Source of the DNA: an uncultured Chloroflexia bacterium
GTDB taxonomy: Bacteria; Chloroflexota; Limnocylindria; Limnocylindrales; CSP1-4
DNA: 64,000 nt
Assembly: GCA_963828165.1 (NCBI GenBank)
Contig: CAWHDR010000001.1
Span: 928,001-992,000 of the forward strand
Direction: 5' to 3'
Position 1 is the stretch's first letter; each line of letters begins with the position of its first letter. The notes under the pieces are model-generated. The model did no database searches. It saw only the letters and a program-made list of their open reading frames with translations, and was not told the DNA's origin. Positions 1-10,169 of the stretch are shown piece by piece. A program made the translations under genes and the position numbers.

Positions 1-836
1 ACGTTCAACGACGGCTCGTATGCCGGGAAGAAGGCCTTGTCGTCCTCCAGCACGGTGAGACCAAGCTCGACCACCCGTGAGTCGGTCGCGAACACTTCGC
101 CGAAGAGGCAGTCGGTGCCCTTGTCGATGGCGGGCGGGATGAGGCCAAGCTCCAGCGTGGCCGGCGTCGCGAACTTCATCCCGTACGCGGCTTCGAGCCC
201 CGGCAGGCCATCGTCGCGTGCCAGGAACTCGGACGCAGCACAGATCGTGGCCGCGGTCGGATTGGCCGTGGCGTAGGTCGCCACGTCTGAAAGGGTCGTG
301 AGCCCGAGCTCCGTCGCCTTCTCGGTCGCCAGCGCGATCGCGTACGTGTTGTTCAGCGGTGCCGGGTCGAGCCAGATGATGTCGTTCGCCGCGTCGGCGT
401 CCCTGACCGCCTCGAACTGCTCCCGGGTCCCTGGGACCGGCGCGGTGTTCTTGAGGTGCGTGATCCAGCCGGTGCCGGTGTACTCCCAGTACATGTCGAT
501 ATCGCCCGAAACGAGCGCTTCTCGCACCACGGGCGAGCCGACCAGGCCGGTCTCGTCCGTGACAGTCGCGCCAGCGTCCTCGAGCACGAGCTTGGTGATC
601 TGGCCGAGGATCAGCTGCTCCGTGAACTCCTTCGAGCCGACCGTGAAGGACTTGCCTGTGAGATCGACGCCTCCGGCCGCGCTGGTGGCCGGGCTGCCCG
701 CGCTGGCCGCCGGGGCCGAGGCCGTCGTGGCGACCGGTGAGGCGCCTGTCCCGCCGGTCGTACATGCCGCGAGGATGAGCGCGATCGCGCCCAGGAAGGC
801 GAAGGGCAGTTTGGCCCGTTCGTCAAGGCTTCGCAT
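1..836 (-). CDS. Glycine betaine/osmoprotectant ABC transporter substrate-binding lipoprotein (OpuAC/OsmF-like), truncated by the window edge
   Basis: ATG at 836 with GAGGAG RBS; lipobox ILAAC; motifs VGSKEFTEQLILG, DMYWEYTGT, NNTYAIA; last gene of the ABC operon. Confidence 0.9.
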   Translation of the reverse strand, partial: MRSLDERAKLPFAFLGAIALILAACTTGGTGASPVATTASAPAASAGSPATSAAGGVDLTGKSFTVGSKEFTEQLILGQITKLVLEDAGATVTDETGLVGSPVVREALVSGDIDMYWEYTGTGWITHLKNTAPVPGTREQFEAVRDADAANDIIWLDPAPLNNTYAIALATEKATELGLTTLSDVATYATANPTAATICAASEFLARDDGLPGLEAAYGMKFATPATLELGLIPPAIDKGTDCLFGEVFATDSRVVELGLTVLEDDKAFFPAYEPSLN

Positions 837-925
837 GGTTTGATCTCCTCCGTGATGACTGGTAGATCGGGTCGCGTCTCGGCGTCCGGACTCCTTTCGT
901 ACCGAGGGGTTGCCAGGCCCGGGGG

Positions 926-1735
926 TCAAAGGCCCTTTGGGCTCAGGCGGCTCTCAGCGAGGCCGCCAAGGTGGTCGATGAACAAGGCGAGAGAAGCCGT
1001 CAGGACGCTGCCGACCAACGTGACGGTCTGACGGTTCGTGACGATGCCGCCATTGATGATGTCGCCGAGGCCACCGGCGTTCACGAAGGTGGCCAACGCT
1101 GCGGTCCCGACATTGATGACCAAGGCCGTGCGGATCCCAGCCAGGATCACGGGGACGGCCAGGGGCAGCTCGATCTTGCGGAGGACCGCGCTCTTCGTCA
1201 TGCCCATGCCCCGGGCGGCTTCGATGACCGACGCATCGACTTGCTGAAGCCCGACCATGGTGTTGCGAAGGACGGGCAGGATGGCGTAGGCGACGAGGGC
1301 GACGATGGCCGGCCAGAACCCGGTGCTCCAGACGAGGGCGAGCAGCACCAGGACCCCGATCGATGGGATCGCCTGGCCCATGTTTGCGAGGGCGATCACC
1401 GGGGGAGTGATCGGGCGCGCCCCCGGACGAGTCAGAAGGATCCCGAGCGGGACCGCGATGAGGATCACCAGCACCGTGGACGTGAAGGCCAGGGCAAGGT
1501 GTCTCGTGAACGCCAGCGAGAGCGCGTCCGGGGTCAGGATCCGAGCCTCGATGCTGTCAAGGCCTTTCATGCTCACCCAGAGGAACAGCAGGGCGCACAC
1601 GATCGCCAGGGCGATCGGCAATCCGAGGATGGCGAGGAGGCCGTAGCGGCGGCTTCGGAGGATGTCGGTGCTGTCCGACGCAAGCACGACCGGGTTGATG
1701 GTCGGACCGAGGTCCGGCTGCCCCACGATGCCCAT
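926..1735 (-). CDS. Osmoprotectant ABC transporter permease
   Basis: Hydrophobic; EAARGMGM...KIELPLA EAA loop; GGLG motif. Confidence 0.92.
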   Translation of the reverse strand: MGIVGQPDLGPTINPVVLASDSTDILRSRRYGLLAILGLPIALAIVCALLFLWVSMKGLDSIEARILTPDALSLAFTRHLALAFTSTVLVILIAVPLGILLTRPGARPITPPVIALANMGQAIPSIGVLVLLALVWSTGFWPAIVALVAYAILPVLRNTMVGLQQVDASVIEAARGMGMTKSAVLRKIELPLAVPVILAGIRTALVINVGTAALATFVNAGGLGDIINGGIVTNRQTVTLVGSVLTASLALFIDHLGGLAESRLSPKGL

Positions 1736-2961
1736 CAGGCGTCGGCCGTCCGCGCTGCCTGCATCTCGTCCGCCTCGGCGCGGGATCGATCACGAGCGTC
1801 CTGTCGCATCTCCTGGATGGCCGTGCTGACGGTCGCGAAATCGACATTGCCCAGGTAGACGCCATCGGCATCCACCACCGTCGCGCACCCGAAGCGCATC
1901 TTGAGCATCTCGTTGAGGGCGTCCGCCAGGGTGGCGTTCGGCTGGACGAGCGCTTCTGGCGGCAGCCCGATCTCGGTCAGTGGCCGATCGTCGTGTTGGA
2001 GTTCGCGCCCGGCGATCCAGCGCACCGGTCGGCGCGCTTCGTCGAGGATCAGGACGGCGCCCTTGTCCGAGGCGAGCAGCGCTGAGCGCACCTCGTCGCG
2101 CGTGCTGTCCACCCGTGCGATCGGCCACTCGCTCAATGCGATGTCGCGAACCCGGGTCAGGTTCAGCCGCTTGAGGGAGGCCCCTGATCCGATGAAGTCG
2201 GCGACGAACTCATCAGCCGGGCCTGACAGGATCCGCTCGGGCGTGTCGTATTGAGCGATCTTCGATCCTTCGCGCAGGATCGCGATCCGGTCGCCCATCT
2301 TGATCGCCTCGTCGATGTCGTGCGTGACGAAGATGATCGTCTTGCGGATCGTCTCCTGAAGACGCAGGAACTCGTTCTGGAGTCGGTCCCGGGTGATCGG
2401 GTCGATGGCGCCGAACGGCTCGTCCATGAGCATGACCGGCGGGTCGGCACTCAACGCTCGGGCGACCCCCGCACGCTGGCGCTGGCCACCTGACAGGTGC
2501 TTGGGATAGCGGCCACGGTACGTCGCGGGTTCCAGCCCGACCATCGAGAGGAGCTCGTCGACCCGTGCCCGGATGCGCTTCTCGTCCCAGCCGAGCATGC
2601 GCGGAACGGTCGCGATGTTGTCGGAGATCGTCTGGTGCGGGAACAGGCCCACCTGCTGGATGACGTACCCGATCCGGCGGCGGAGCTTGTCCGGGTCCAC
2701 CTTCGTGACGTCCTCGCCCTCGAGGATGATCCGTCCGGATGATGGCTCGATGAGTCGATTGATCAGGCGCATCGTGGTCGTCTTGCCACAGCCTGACGGA
2801 CCCACCAGGACCACGATCTCCCCGGCGGCGATGTCCATGTCCAGGTGGTCCACGGCGGGGCGAGCTTGACCGGGAAAGGTCTTGCTCAGATCCTGGAGGC
2901 GGATCATCGGATCCCCGGTCGGGCCGTTCGGAGTGGCGGGCAGCGAAGGCATGGTCGTCAT
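1735..2961 (-). CDS. Osmoprotectant ABC transporter ATP-binding protein with C-terminal CBS pair
   Basis: Walker A GPSGCGKTT, LSGGQRQR, LMDEPFGAIDP, VTHD. Confidence 0.93.
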   Translation of the reverse strand: MTTMPSLPATPNGPTGDPMIRLQDLSKTFPGQARPAVDHLDMDIAAGEIVVLVGPSGCGKTTTMRLINRLIEPSSGRIILEGEDVTKVDPDKLRRRIGYVIQQVGLFPHQTISDNIATVPRMLGWDEKRIRARVDELLSMVGLEPATYRGRYPKHLSGGQRQRAGVARALSADPPVMLMDEPFGAIDPITRDRLQNEFLRLQETIRKTIIFVTHDIDEAIKMGDRIAILREGSKIAQYDTPERILSGPADEFVADFIGSGASLKRLNLTRVRDIALSEWPIARVDSTRDEVRSALLASDKGAVLILDEARRPVRWIAGRELQHDDRPLTEIGLPPEALVQPNATLADALNEMLKMRFGCATVVDADGVYLGNVDFATVSTAIQEMRQDARDRSRAEADEMQAARTADA

Positions 2962-2962
2962 G

Positions 2963-3610
2963 TCAGGCACGGATCCCCTTCGAGGTCGTGAGGCGCGCGA
3001 TGGCGACGAAGGCAAGGTCGATCGCGATGGCGATGACGACGATCCCGAGGATCGCCGAGAGCACCTGCGGCACGGCGGTCGGCGTACCGACGCGTGCGAG
3101 GGCCCGGAAGATGTCCTTGCCGAGGCCCGGCCCGTTGACGACGGCCGAGATGGCCGCGATCCCGACGATGATCACGGCGGAGACCCGGACGCCCGTGATG
3201 ATGATCGGCCAGGCCAACGGAAGCTCGATCTTGAAGAGGCGGCGGTAGCGGCCCATCCCCATGCCCTGGGCTGACTCCACGATCGCGGGATCGACCGAGC
3301 GGAGCCCCGTGATGGTGTTCCGCACGATCGGCAGCAGGCCGTACATCACGAGGGCGACGACCGCGGGTGGCGCGCCCAGTCCGAGGATCGGGATCAGCAG
3401 CCCGAACAGCGCGAACGACGGGATGGTCAGGAAGATCCCCGTGACTGCGAGGGCCGCGCGGCGCGGCGCATCCGTGCGATAGGTCAGGATGCCCAGGGCG
3501 ACCCCGATGGCCGTCGAGATGGCGACCGACACCAGGACGATGCCCAGGTGCTCGAAGGTCAGCCCCAGCAGGCGATCGCCTTGCCGTGCGAGGTAATCGA
3601 ACAGATTCAT
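2963..3610 (-). CDS. Osmoprotectant ABC transporter permease
   Basis: TIPSFALFG, ESAQGMGM...KIELPLA; start overlaps the IclR stop. Confidence 0.92.
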   Translation of the reverse strand: MNLFDYLARQGDRLLGLTFEHLGIVLVSVAISTAIGVALGILTYRTDAPRRAALAVTGIFLTIPSFALFGLLIPILGLGAPPAVVALVMYGLLPIVRNTITGLRSVDPAIVESAQGMGMGRYRRLFKIELPLAWPIIITGVRVSAVIIVGIAAISAVVNGPGLGKDIFRALARVGTPTAVPQVLSAILGIVVIAIAIDLAFVAIARLTTSKGIRA

Positions 3611-4431
3611 GCCGGGATCTCCGGCGCGATCGATCCGTCGGCGCCGCGGAAGCGCGTGCGACCGTCCCACCCCATCTGGGCGGACAGGTCGTCCGCCGCC
3701 GCCTTGACCGCCTGGCCGGCGTACGGCAACCGTCCACCGAGACGGAATTTCGGGCCGGAGACGTTGAGCGCTGCGACGACGTCGCCGCGGAACCCGCGCA
3801 CCGGCGCCGACGCGGCGACGAGACCCGATTCGAACTCCTCATCGACGATCGCATACCCGGCCCGTCGGGCGACGACGACGCGCTCGTACAGCTCGTCGAC
3901 GTCGCGTGGCGCGTTCGGCCCGCCGCTCCGGAATTCGACCCCGGCGAACAGTCGAGCGATCTCCGCGCGCTCGAAGTCGATGATCAATGAACGGCCCGAC
4001 GACGTGTTGTGGGCCGGGACGAGCCGACCGGCCCAGGCGACGCTCTGGACCGAGTGCGCCGGGCCTTCGGTCAGGATCGTGAGCACCTCGGGGCCCTTGA
4101 GGACCGAAAGGTGGATCCGCTCGCCGAGGTCGTGGTCCACGAGCCGTCGGAGGACGGGCGCGGCGGCGATGATCAGTCGCTGGTCGGCCGACCGTGCAGC
4201 GAGCGCGAAGACCTGCCAGCCGACCCGATATCGAAGGGATTCGGGATCACGCTCGATGTAGCCCGCGTCCGCGAGGACGCGAAGGGTGCGAGACACCTGG
4301 CTCTTGTCGCGGCCCAGGTGAGCCGCGAGGCGGTTCACGCCCCAGCCCCCCTGTGCGACGGCGTCATCCGACGCCAACGCGTCGAGGAGATCGAGGGCAC
4401 GGCGAAGGCTGCTGGAGGGGTCGTCGGCCAC
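3607..4431 (-). CDS. IclR family transcriptional regulator
   Basis: SLRRALDLLDAL, HTH DKSQVSRTL, C-terminal GYAIVDEEFESGLVAASAPV; GTG start inferred. Confidence 0.9.
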   Translation of the reverse strand: MADDPSSSLRRALDLLDALASDDAVAQGGWGVNRLAAHLGRDKSQVSRTLRVLADAGYIERDPESLRYRVGWQVFALAARSADQRLIIAAAPVLRRLVDHDLGERIHLSVLKGPEVLTILTEGPAHSVQSVAWAGRLVPAHNTSSGRSLIIDFERAEIARLFAGVEFRSGGPNAPRDVDELYERVVVARRAGYAIVDEEFESGLVAASAPVRGFRGDVVAALNVSGPKFRLGGRLPYAGQAVKAAADDLSAQMGWDGRTRFRGADGSIAPEIPA

Positions 4432-4452
4432 GATGGCACGGTGCCACAGTGG

Positions 4453-4486
4453 TGCGTCAGATGCAATAGGGTTTGCATTTGACGCA
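4453..4486. promoter_or_regulatory. Inverted-repeat operator in the divergent iclR/asnB promoter
   Basis: TGCGTCAGATGCAA-tagggt-TTGCATTTGACGCA (14-bp arms, 1 mismatch); TAGGAT -10-like element at 4494-4499. Confidence 0.65.
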
Positions 4487-4540
4487 ATCGCCGTAGGATG
4501 ACATCGACTAGGCGCTCGGCGTCGAAAGGACGTTCGCTCG

Positions 4541-6058
4541 ATGTGTGGGATCGCTGGCATCTGGGGGACCGAGGACCGCGCCCACGTCGAGCGGATCATG
4601 GACGGCGTTCGTCACCGCGGCCCAGACGGTTCCGGCGTCCACGCACAGACCAACGGCGTGCTGGGTCATCGGCGGCTCGCGATCATGGATCCGGAGGGTG
4701 GTGACCAGCCGCTGTACGACGAGACCCGCACGATGGCGATCGTCGCCAACGGCGAGATCTACAACTTCCCGCAGCTCCGGCCTGAGCTGGCGAAGCGGCA
4801 TGACTTCCGGACGACCAGCGATATCGAGGCCGTCCTGCACCTCTACGAGGAACTTGGCGTCGACACACCGTCCGCCCTCAAGGGGATGTTCGCCTTCGCG
4901 ATCTGCGGCGAGGACCACTTGTTCCTCGCTCGCGATCCCATCGGGATCAAGCCGCTCTACTACGGCAGCTGGACCGACCATCAGGGCACCACGACCATGG
5001 CCTTCGGGTCAGAGATGAAGCCCCTCGCCGAATGGGTCGATGATCTGCACGAATTCCCGCCGGGACACTATTTCGACAGTCGCGTCGGCTTCGTCCGGTA
5101 CTACGAGGTTCCCACCGAACCGCCGCTGACTCGCTCGACCGAGGACCACGTCTCGCTGGTCCGAAGCGGAGTCGAGGATGCCGTGGTGTCGCACCTGATG
5201 AGCGACGTGCCAGTCGGCGCGTTCCTGTCGGGCGGGCTCGATTCGAGCATCATCGCCGCGATCGCGCGCCAGCACCTCGAAGTGCTCCACACGTTCTCGG
5301 TCGGGATCGCGGGTTCCTCCGACATCGAGGCCGCGCGGCGGGTGGCCGCGCATATCGGTTCGATCCACCACGAGTTCCTGATGACGCCGACGGAGGTGGT
5401 CGCCAAGCTGCCCGAGATCATCAATGCCCTGGAATCGTTCGACCAGGACCTCGTCCGCAGCGCGATCCCCACGTATTTCTGCTCCCGCCTGGCCGCCGAC
5501 TACGTCAAGGTGATCCTCACCGGCGAAGGCGCGGACGAGCTGTTCGCCGGCTACGCCTACCACAAGACCGTCAGCGACCCGGCGACCCTCCATCAGGAGC
5601 TCTGTCGTTCGGTCACGACCTTGCACAACATCAACTTGCAGCGAGCCGACCGCCTCACGATGCTTCACGGCATCGAGGGCCGCGTGCCGTTCCTCGACAC
5701 GGACTTCATCGCGACGGCGCTGACCGTCCCCACCGAGCTGAAGATCGCGACGATGCCGGATGGTCGGGTGATCGAGAAGTGGGTGCTGCGTGCGGCCTTC
5801 GAGGATCTCCTGCCCGCCGACATCGTCTGGCGGACGAAGGAACAGTTCGACGAGGGGACGGGGACGATCGACCTGCTCGCCCAGGCCCTCGTCCCGCTTG
5901 TCGCGGAGATCGACCTTGACGCGTATCGGGTGACGACCGATGAACCCGTTCGTTCTGCCGAGGAGGCCCTCTACCACCGGATCCTGTGCGATGGCCTGCC
6001 ACGTCCGGACCTGATCCTGCGCAACGTCGCCCGCTGGACCGACGACCGCCACGGCTGA
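4541..6058 (+). CDS. asnB: Asparagine synthase (glutamine-hydrolysing) family amidotransferase
   Basis: N-terminal MCGIAG, HRGPD, NGEIYN, SGGLDSS, TGEGADELF, RVPFLD. Confidence 0.9.
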   Translation: MCGIAGIWGTEDRAHVERIMDGVRHRGPDGSGVHAQTNGVLGHRRLAIMDPEGGDQPLYDETRTMAIVANGEIYNFPQLRPELAKRHDFRTTSDIEAVLHLYEELGVDTPSALKGMFAFAICGEDHLFLARDPIGIKPLYYGSWTDHQGTTTMAFGSEMKPLAEWVDDLHEFPPGHYFDSRVGFVRYYEVPTEPPLTRSTEDHVSLVRSGVEDAVVSHLMSDVPVGAFLSGGLDSSIIAAIARQHLEVLHTFSVGIAGSSDIEAARRVAAHIGSIHHEFLMTPTEVVAKLPEIINALESFDQDLVRSAIPTYFCSRLAADYVKVILTGEGADELFAGYAYHKTVSDPATLHQELCRSVTTLHNINLQRADRLTMLHGIEGRVPFLDTDFIATALTVPTELKIATMPDGRVIEKWVLRAAFEDLLPADIVWRTKEQFDEGTGTIDLLAQALVPLVAEIDLDAYRVTTDEPVRSAEEALYHRILCDGLPRPDLILRNVARWTDDRHG

Positions 6059-6078
6059 CGGCACGGGCACCGGCACCG

Positions 6079-7608
6079 TCAGCCCGACAGGTCGAACCAG
6101 GTCGTCTTGAGCTGCGTGTAGCCATCGAGGGCGGCCATCCCCTTGTCGCGGCCGAACCCCGATTGCTTGAAGCCGCCGAACGGCACGGTGATGTCGGCCG
6201 CGTCGAAGGTGTTCACCCACACCACCCCAGCCCGGATGGATCGTGCCAGTCGATGGGCGCGATTGACGTCGCGTGTCCAGATCCCTGCGGCGAGGCCGTA
6301 GGGCGTGTCGTTGGCGATGGCCAGGGCGTCGGCCTCGTCCTCGAACTCGATCACCGTCAGGACCGGACCGAAGATCTCCTCGCGCGCCACGCGCCAGCCG
6401 TTGTCGACGCCGTCGAGGATGGTCGGGGCGATGTAGAAGCCACCGGTCTCCTCGCGGACCCGCTCGCCTCCGGCGACGACCTGCGCTCCTTCCTCGCGAC
6501 CCAGCGCGACGTAGCCGAGGACCTTCTCGAGCTGCCGCTCATCGACGATCGAGCCCAGCCGGGTGGCGGGATCCAGTGGCTCGCCGGGCGCCAGCTGTCG
6601 ACCGAGAGCCGCGATGCGCGCCACCAGCTCATCGCGCACGCTGCGGTGGACGATGAGCCGGGAGCCGGCGTTACAGGATTGACCGCTGTTGTAGAAGATC
6701 CCCATCCCGATCGTGTCGGCCGCGACTTCGAGGTCCCCGACATCTCCGAGGACGACCTGCGGGCTCTTCCCGCCGAGCTCGAGGGTGATGGCCTTGACGT
6801 CCGTCTCGCCGACCGCGCGAAGGAGCGACCGCCCGACCTCGGTGGAGCCCGTGAACGCGATCTTGTCGACCGCCGGGTGGCGGGCGAGGGCATCCCCGAT
6901 GACGGCACCCGGCCCCGGCACGACGTTGAGGACGCCATCCGGCAGGCCGGCTTCGGCCGCCAGCTCCGCGAGGCGCAGCGCGGTCAGCGGCGACTGGGAG
7001 GCCGGCTTGAGCACGACCGAGTTACCCGTCGCCAGGGCCGCACCGAGCTTCCAGGCGGTGACGATCAGCGGGTAGTTCCATGGCACGATCGCGGCGACCA
7101 CCCCGATCGGCTCGCGGGTCACGAGCGACAGGGCATCCGGGCCGGTCGGGCCGACCTCGCCGTAGACCTTGTCGATCGTCTCCGCGTACCACTGGATGGT
7201 CTTGGCGGCGGAGGGGACGTCGACCGCGAGGGTGTCGCGGATCGGCTTCCCGACGTCGAGCGACTCGAGCAGGGCGAGCTCGTCGCGGTTGGCCCGGATG
7301 AGGTCGGCGAGCTTCAGCAGGATGCGCTTGCGGTTCGCAGGCGATTGATCGGCCCAGCGTCGGTCGTCGAAGGCAGTTCGTGCCGCCTTGACGGCCCTTC
7401 CGACGTCCTCGACATCGCCCTGGGCGACATCGGTGATGTGCCCGCCGTCTCGCCCGGCGATGTCGGCGAACGTCTGGCCGGACGCCGCTGGGACGAACCG
7501 GCCGCCGATGAACGCCTCGTTGCGGGGAGTAACGGCCGCGGCACGAGCTAACCAGTCCGCGGCGGTCGGGCGGTCGCGGTCCGGCGCCGGGGCGGCAGAA
7601 TCGGTCAC
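6079..7608 (-). CDS. Aldehyde dehydrogenase (PuuC-like)
   Basis: IVPWNYP, FTGSTEVG, LELGGKSP, GQSCNAGSR, EEIFGP, PFGGFKQSG. Confidence 0.92.
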   Translation of the reverse strand: MTDSAAPAPDRDRPTAADWLARAAAVTPRNEAFIGGRFVPAASGQTFADIAGRDGGHITDVAQGDVEDVGRAVKAARTAFDDRRWADQSPANRKRILLKLADLIRANRDELALLESLDVGKPIRDTLAVDVPSAAKTIQWYAETIDKVYGEVGPTGPDALSLVTREPIGVVAAIVPWNYPLIVTAWKLGAALATGNSVVLKPASQSPLTALRLAELAAEAGLPDGVLNVVPGPGAVIGDALARHPAVDKIAFTGSTEVGRSLLRAVGETDVKAITLELGGKSPQVVLGDVGDLEVAADTIGMGIFYNSGQSCNAGSRLIVHRSVRDELVARIAALGRQLAPGEPLDPATRLGSIVDERQLEKVLGYVALGREEGAQVVAGGERVREETGGFYIAPTILDGVDNGWRVAREEIFGPVLTVIEFEDEADALAIANDTPYGLAAGIWTRDVNRAHRLARSIRAGVVWVNTFDAADITVPFGGFKQSGFGRDKGMAALDGYTQLKTTWFDLSG

Positions 7609-8717
7609 GCCGCGTACCTCGCGATCGCGGACTCGTCCAGCACGGCACCCAGGCCGGGTCCCGGCGGCACCCGCAGGACGCCGTCGCGGTCGGGACGGAT
7701 GGGCTCGGCCAGGAACGCGTCGCGACGCTCCGGTGTCCAGCCCGGCGGGTCGTACGGGTACTCGATGAACGGCCCACCACCCACACCGGCGGCCACGTGC
7801 AGGTTCGCGAGCAGACCCAGCCCATTGGTCCAGGTGTGGGGCGTGAACCAGCGATTGCGGGCGAGCGCCAGCTCGGCGACGGTCCGGGTCCGCAGCATCC
7901 CGCCCGCCAGCACGACATCCGGCTGGTAGACGTCAAAAGCGTCCGCATCGAGCGCAGCCAGCGTCTCCACGAACGTCCGGGTCATCTCGCCCCCGGCGAT
8001 CCGGATGCCGGGCGCGGAAGCCCGCAGCGCCGCCAGCCCTCGCAGATCCGTGCCCGCCAGCGGTTCCTCCAGCCAGAGCACGTCGTACGCCGCGAGCTGG
8101 GCGGCGACATCGCGCGCAGCGACGGGATCCAGCGACAGAGCGGTGTCACCGGGCATCCGCCAGCCCTGGTTGAGGTCGACCATGAGCGCCATCGAGTCGC
8201 CAACGGCGGCGCGGGTCGCGGCCACCGCCGCCATCCCGTCGGCCAGTCGCCGCGGATCCAGCCGGATCTTCATGGCGCGAAACCCCTCCTCGCGCAGCCG
8301 CAGCGCAGACTCCGCGCGCGCGGCCGCGGGCAGCAGCGACCCACACGAGGCGTAGGCCGGGATGCCGTCGCTCGATCCACCGAAGAGCGTCGCGACCGGC
8401 AGGCCGGCAACCTGGCCGATGATGTCCCAGAGCGCCGCTTCGAGCGGCCAGTACCGACCGGCATGGAAATCGATCGTCTCGAGGACGCGGACATGGCGGG
8501 CGATCGCGAGCGGGTCCTGCCCGACGAACAGGTGCTCGAATGCATCGAACCCGTCCATCGTGTCGCCTGAGCCCACACCGACGACGCCGTCATCGGTCTC
8601 GACGCGCACGAGCGTGACCGCGAAGGAACGCCTGGGCTCCGGGTCCCACGCGGCCGCGAACGGCGGTTCGAGGGGAACCACGAGTCGCTGCAGCCGGACC
8701 GCAGTGATGCGCACCAC
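7605..8717 (-). CDS. Mandelate racemase/muconate lactonizing enzyme (enolase superfamily)
   Basis: LVRVETDDG, ALWDIIG, MKIR, LMVDLNQGW, WLEEP, IAGGE, YQPD; GTG start near 8717 inferred. Confidence 0.88.
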   Translation of the reverse strand: MVRITAVRLQRLVVPLEPPFAAAWDPEPRRSFAVTLVRVETDDGVVGVGSGDTMDGFDAFEHLFVGQDPLAIARHVRVLETIDFHAGRYWPLEAALWDIIGQVAGLPVATLFGGSSDGIPAYASCGSLLPAAARAESALRLREEGFRAMKIRLDPRRLADGMAAVAATRAAVGDSMALMVDLNQGWRMPGDTALSLDPVAARDVAAQLAAYDVLWLEEPLAGTDLRGLAALRASAPGIRIAGGEMTRTFVETLAALDADAFDVYQPDVVLAGGMLRTRTVAELALARNRWFTPHTWTNGLGLLANLHVAAGVGGGPFIEYPYDPPGWTPERRDAFLAEPIRPDRDGVLRVPPGPGLGAVLDESAIARYAA

Positions 8718-8804
8718 CGCAGTATCGCCGACCAAGCCCCGCTGCCGGGGCGCGTGCCGGCTGCGATACTGTGACCTCCCCGCCTGGCCGTTAGGAACCG
8801 TCCC

Positions 8805-9548
8805 TTGTTGACCGCCCGCGACCGCCCGCCCGAAGAAGCCGCCGAGGACACCTCGTTCGCGCGTGGCTTGCGGGTGTTCCTCACGATCGCCGACCGCGGC
8901 GAGATCCGCGCCGACGAGCTCGCCACGCTGCTCGAAACGCCACTGTCGACCGTCTACCGCTATCTGCGCACCCTGACGGAGTTCGGGTTCGTGGAGCGGA
9001 TGGAGGGCGGTTACGCGCTCGGTCCGCGGCTGCATCTCACCGGCGGCGCCACGGTGAGCAGCGAAGAGCTCATCCGTCACGCGGACCCGGTCCTGCGCAT
9101 GCTCGTCGACGAGGCGGGCGAGACCGCGGTGATCGCGCGCCGCGTCGGCCTGACCGCCGTCTGCCTGCATGAAGTGCAATCCGGTCATGCCCTGCGGGTG
9201 ACCTGCGAACCGGGCTCCGCCACGCCGCTCGTCTCGGGAGCGATCGCCAAGGTCCTGCTCGCGTACGCCCCGCCGGAGGTCCAGGACGAGGTGCTCGCGG
9301 AGGTCTCGAACGCCAAGACGCTGCGTCGCGAGCTCGGGTCGGTCCTGGAAGACGGGGTCGCTCGGAGTGAGGGAGAGTTATTCTCCGGCACCGTGGACAT
9401 CGCCGTTCCCATCCTGCGGGACGACGGGATCGTGGCCGCGATCGGCGTCGTCGCCCCGGCTGAGCGAGCGACGCTGCCATGGCGCGTGCGTGCGAGCCGA
9501 CTCCTGGCCGACGGAGCCGCTGCGATCACCGGGGCGCTGCGCGAATAG
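8805..9548 (+). CDS. IclR family transcriptional regulator
   Basis: SFARGLRVF, PLSTVYRYLRTL HTH, GAIAKVLLA; divergent from the racemase. Confidence 0.9.
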   Translation: MLTARDRPPEEAAEDTSFARGLRVFLTIADRGEIRADELATLLETPLSTVYRYLRTLTEFGFVERMEGGYALGPRLHLTGGATVSSEELIRHADPVLRMLVDEAGETAVIARRVGLTAVCLHEVQSGHALRVTCEPGSATPLVSGAIAKVLLAYAPPEVQDEVLAEVSNAKTLRRELGSVLEDGVARSEGELFSGTVDIAVPILRDDGIVAAIGVVAPAERATLPWRVRASRLLADGAAAITGALRE

Positions 9549-9640
9549 CTTCTGCAGGACACCCCGGTACTATCGCGATATGGCATCAGGACGTTCCACG
9601 ATTTGACAATCATTGCCCATAAGCGGATGCTCGCGCCCAC

Positions 9641-10150
9641 ATGGACGCATTCGCCGCTCTTGCACCCGTCTCGGACGCGTATGCCCACCTGCCCCTTGCA
9701 GAGGCCTTCGACTGGAGCCAGGTCGGCCGGCAGCTCGGTACGGGCGAGTGGTATCTCGTCGCCTTCCGGTCCGTCCGCCGCCTCGACGCGGACGAAATCC
9801 GGCTGACCGAGTTCGACGATCGGGCCCATCACGAGGCGCAGTCGTCGCCCGGGTTCGTCCACTACTTCAAGGGGCCCGCGGAAGCCGATCGGTCGTGCCT
9901 CTCGTTCTGCCTGTGGACCAGCCGCGCCGAGGCACGTGCGGCGTCCGGGAGGCCGGCCCACATCGAGGCGGTCTCGGTGATCAACGAGATGTACGAGCGC
10001 TACACGCTCGAGTTCCTCCGGGTCACGGGCCGGGAGGGCTCGCCGCTACAGTTCGAGCCGTACGATGGAGTGCCTCCGGCCGACCCTGCCGGCGTCTCGC
10101 TTCCCGTGTTCGGGCTGCCGCCGCTCCAGGGCGCCCCTTCCGCCTCCTGA
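9641..10150 (+). CDS. Hypothetical protein, probable dimeric alpha-beta barrel (UPF0643-like)
   Basis: YLVAFRSVRR...DDRAHHEA...CLSFCLWTSRAEARAASGRPAH pattern; TTGACA at 9603-9608. Confidence 0.6.
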   Translation: MDAFAALAPVSDAYAHLPLAEAFDWSQVGRQLGTGEWYLVAFRSVRRLDADEIRLTEFDDRAHHEAQSSPGFVHYFKGPAEADRSCLSFCLWTSRAEARAASGRPAHIEAVSVINEMYERYTLEFLRVTGREGSPLQFEPYDGVPPADPAGVSLPVFGLPPLQGAPSAS

Positions 10151-10169
10151 GAGACCGCGTCGAGGGCGG

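Noticed and set aside
5009-9188. Long antisense or alternative-frame ORFs (e.g. 5009-6220, 5986-7551; also 24250-25788, 44804-46501, 54039-55730)
   Set aside because: Shadow ORFs of high-GC coding DNA overlapping well-supported genes, with no recognisable motifs
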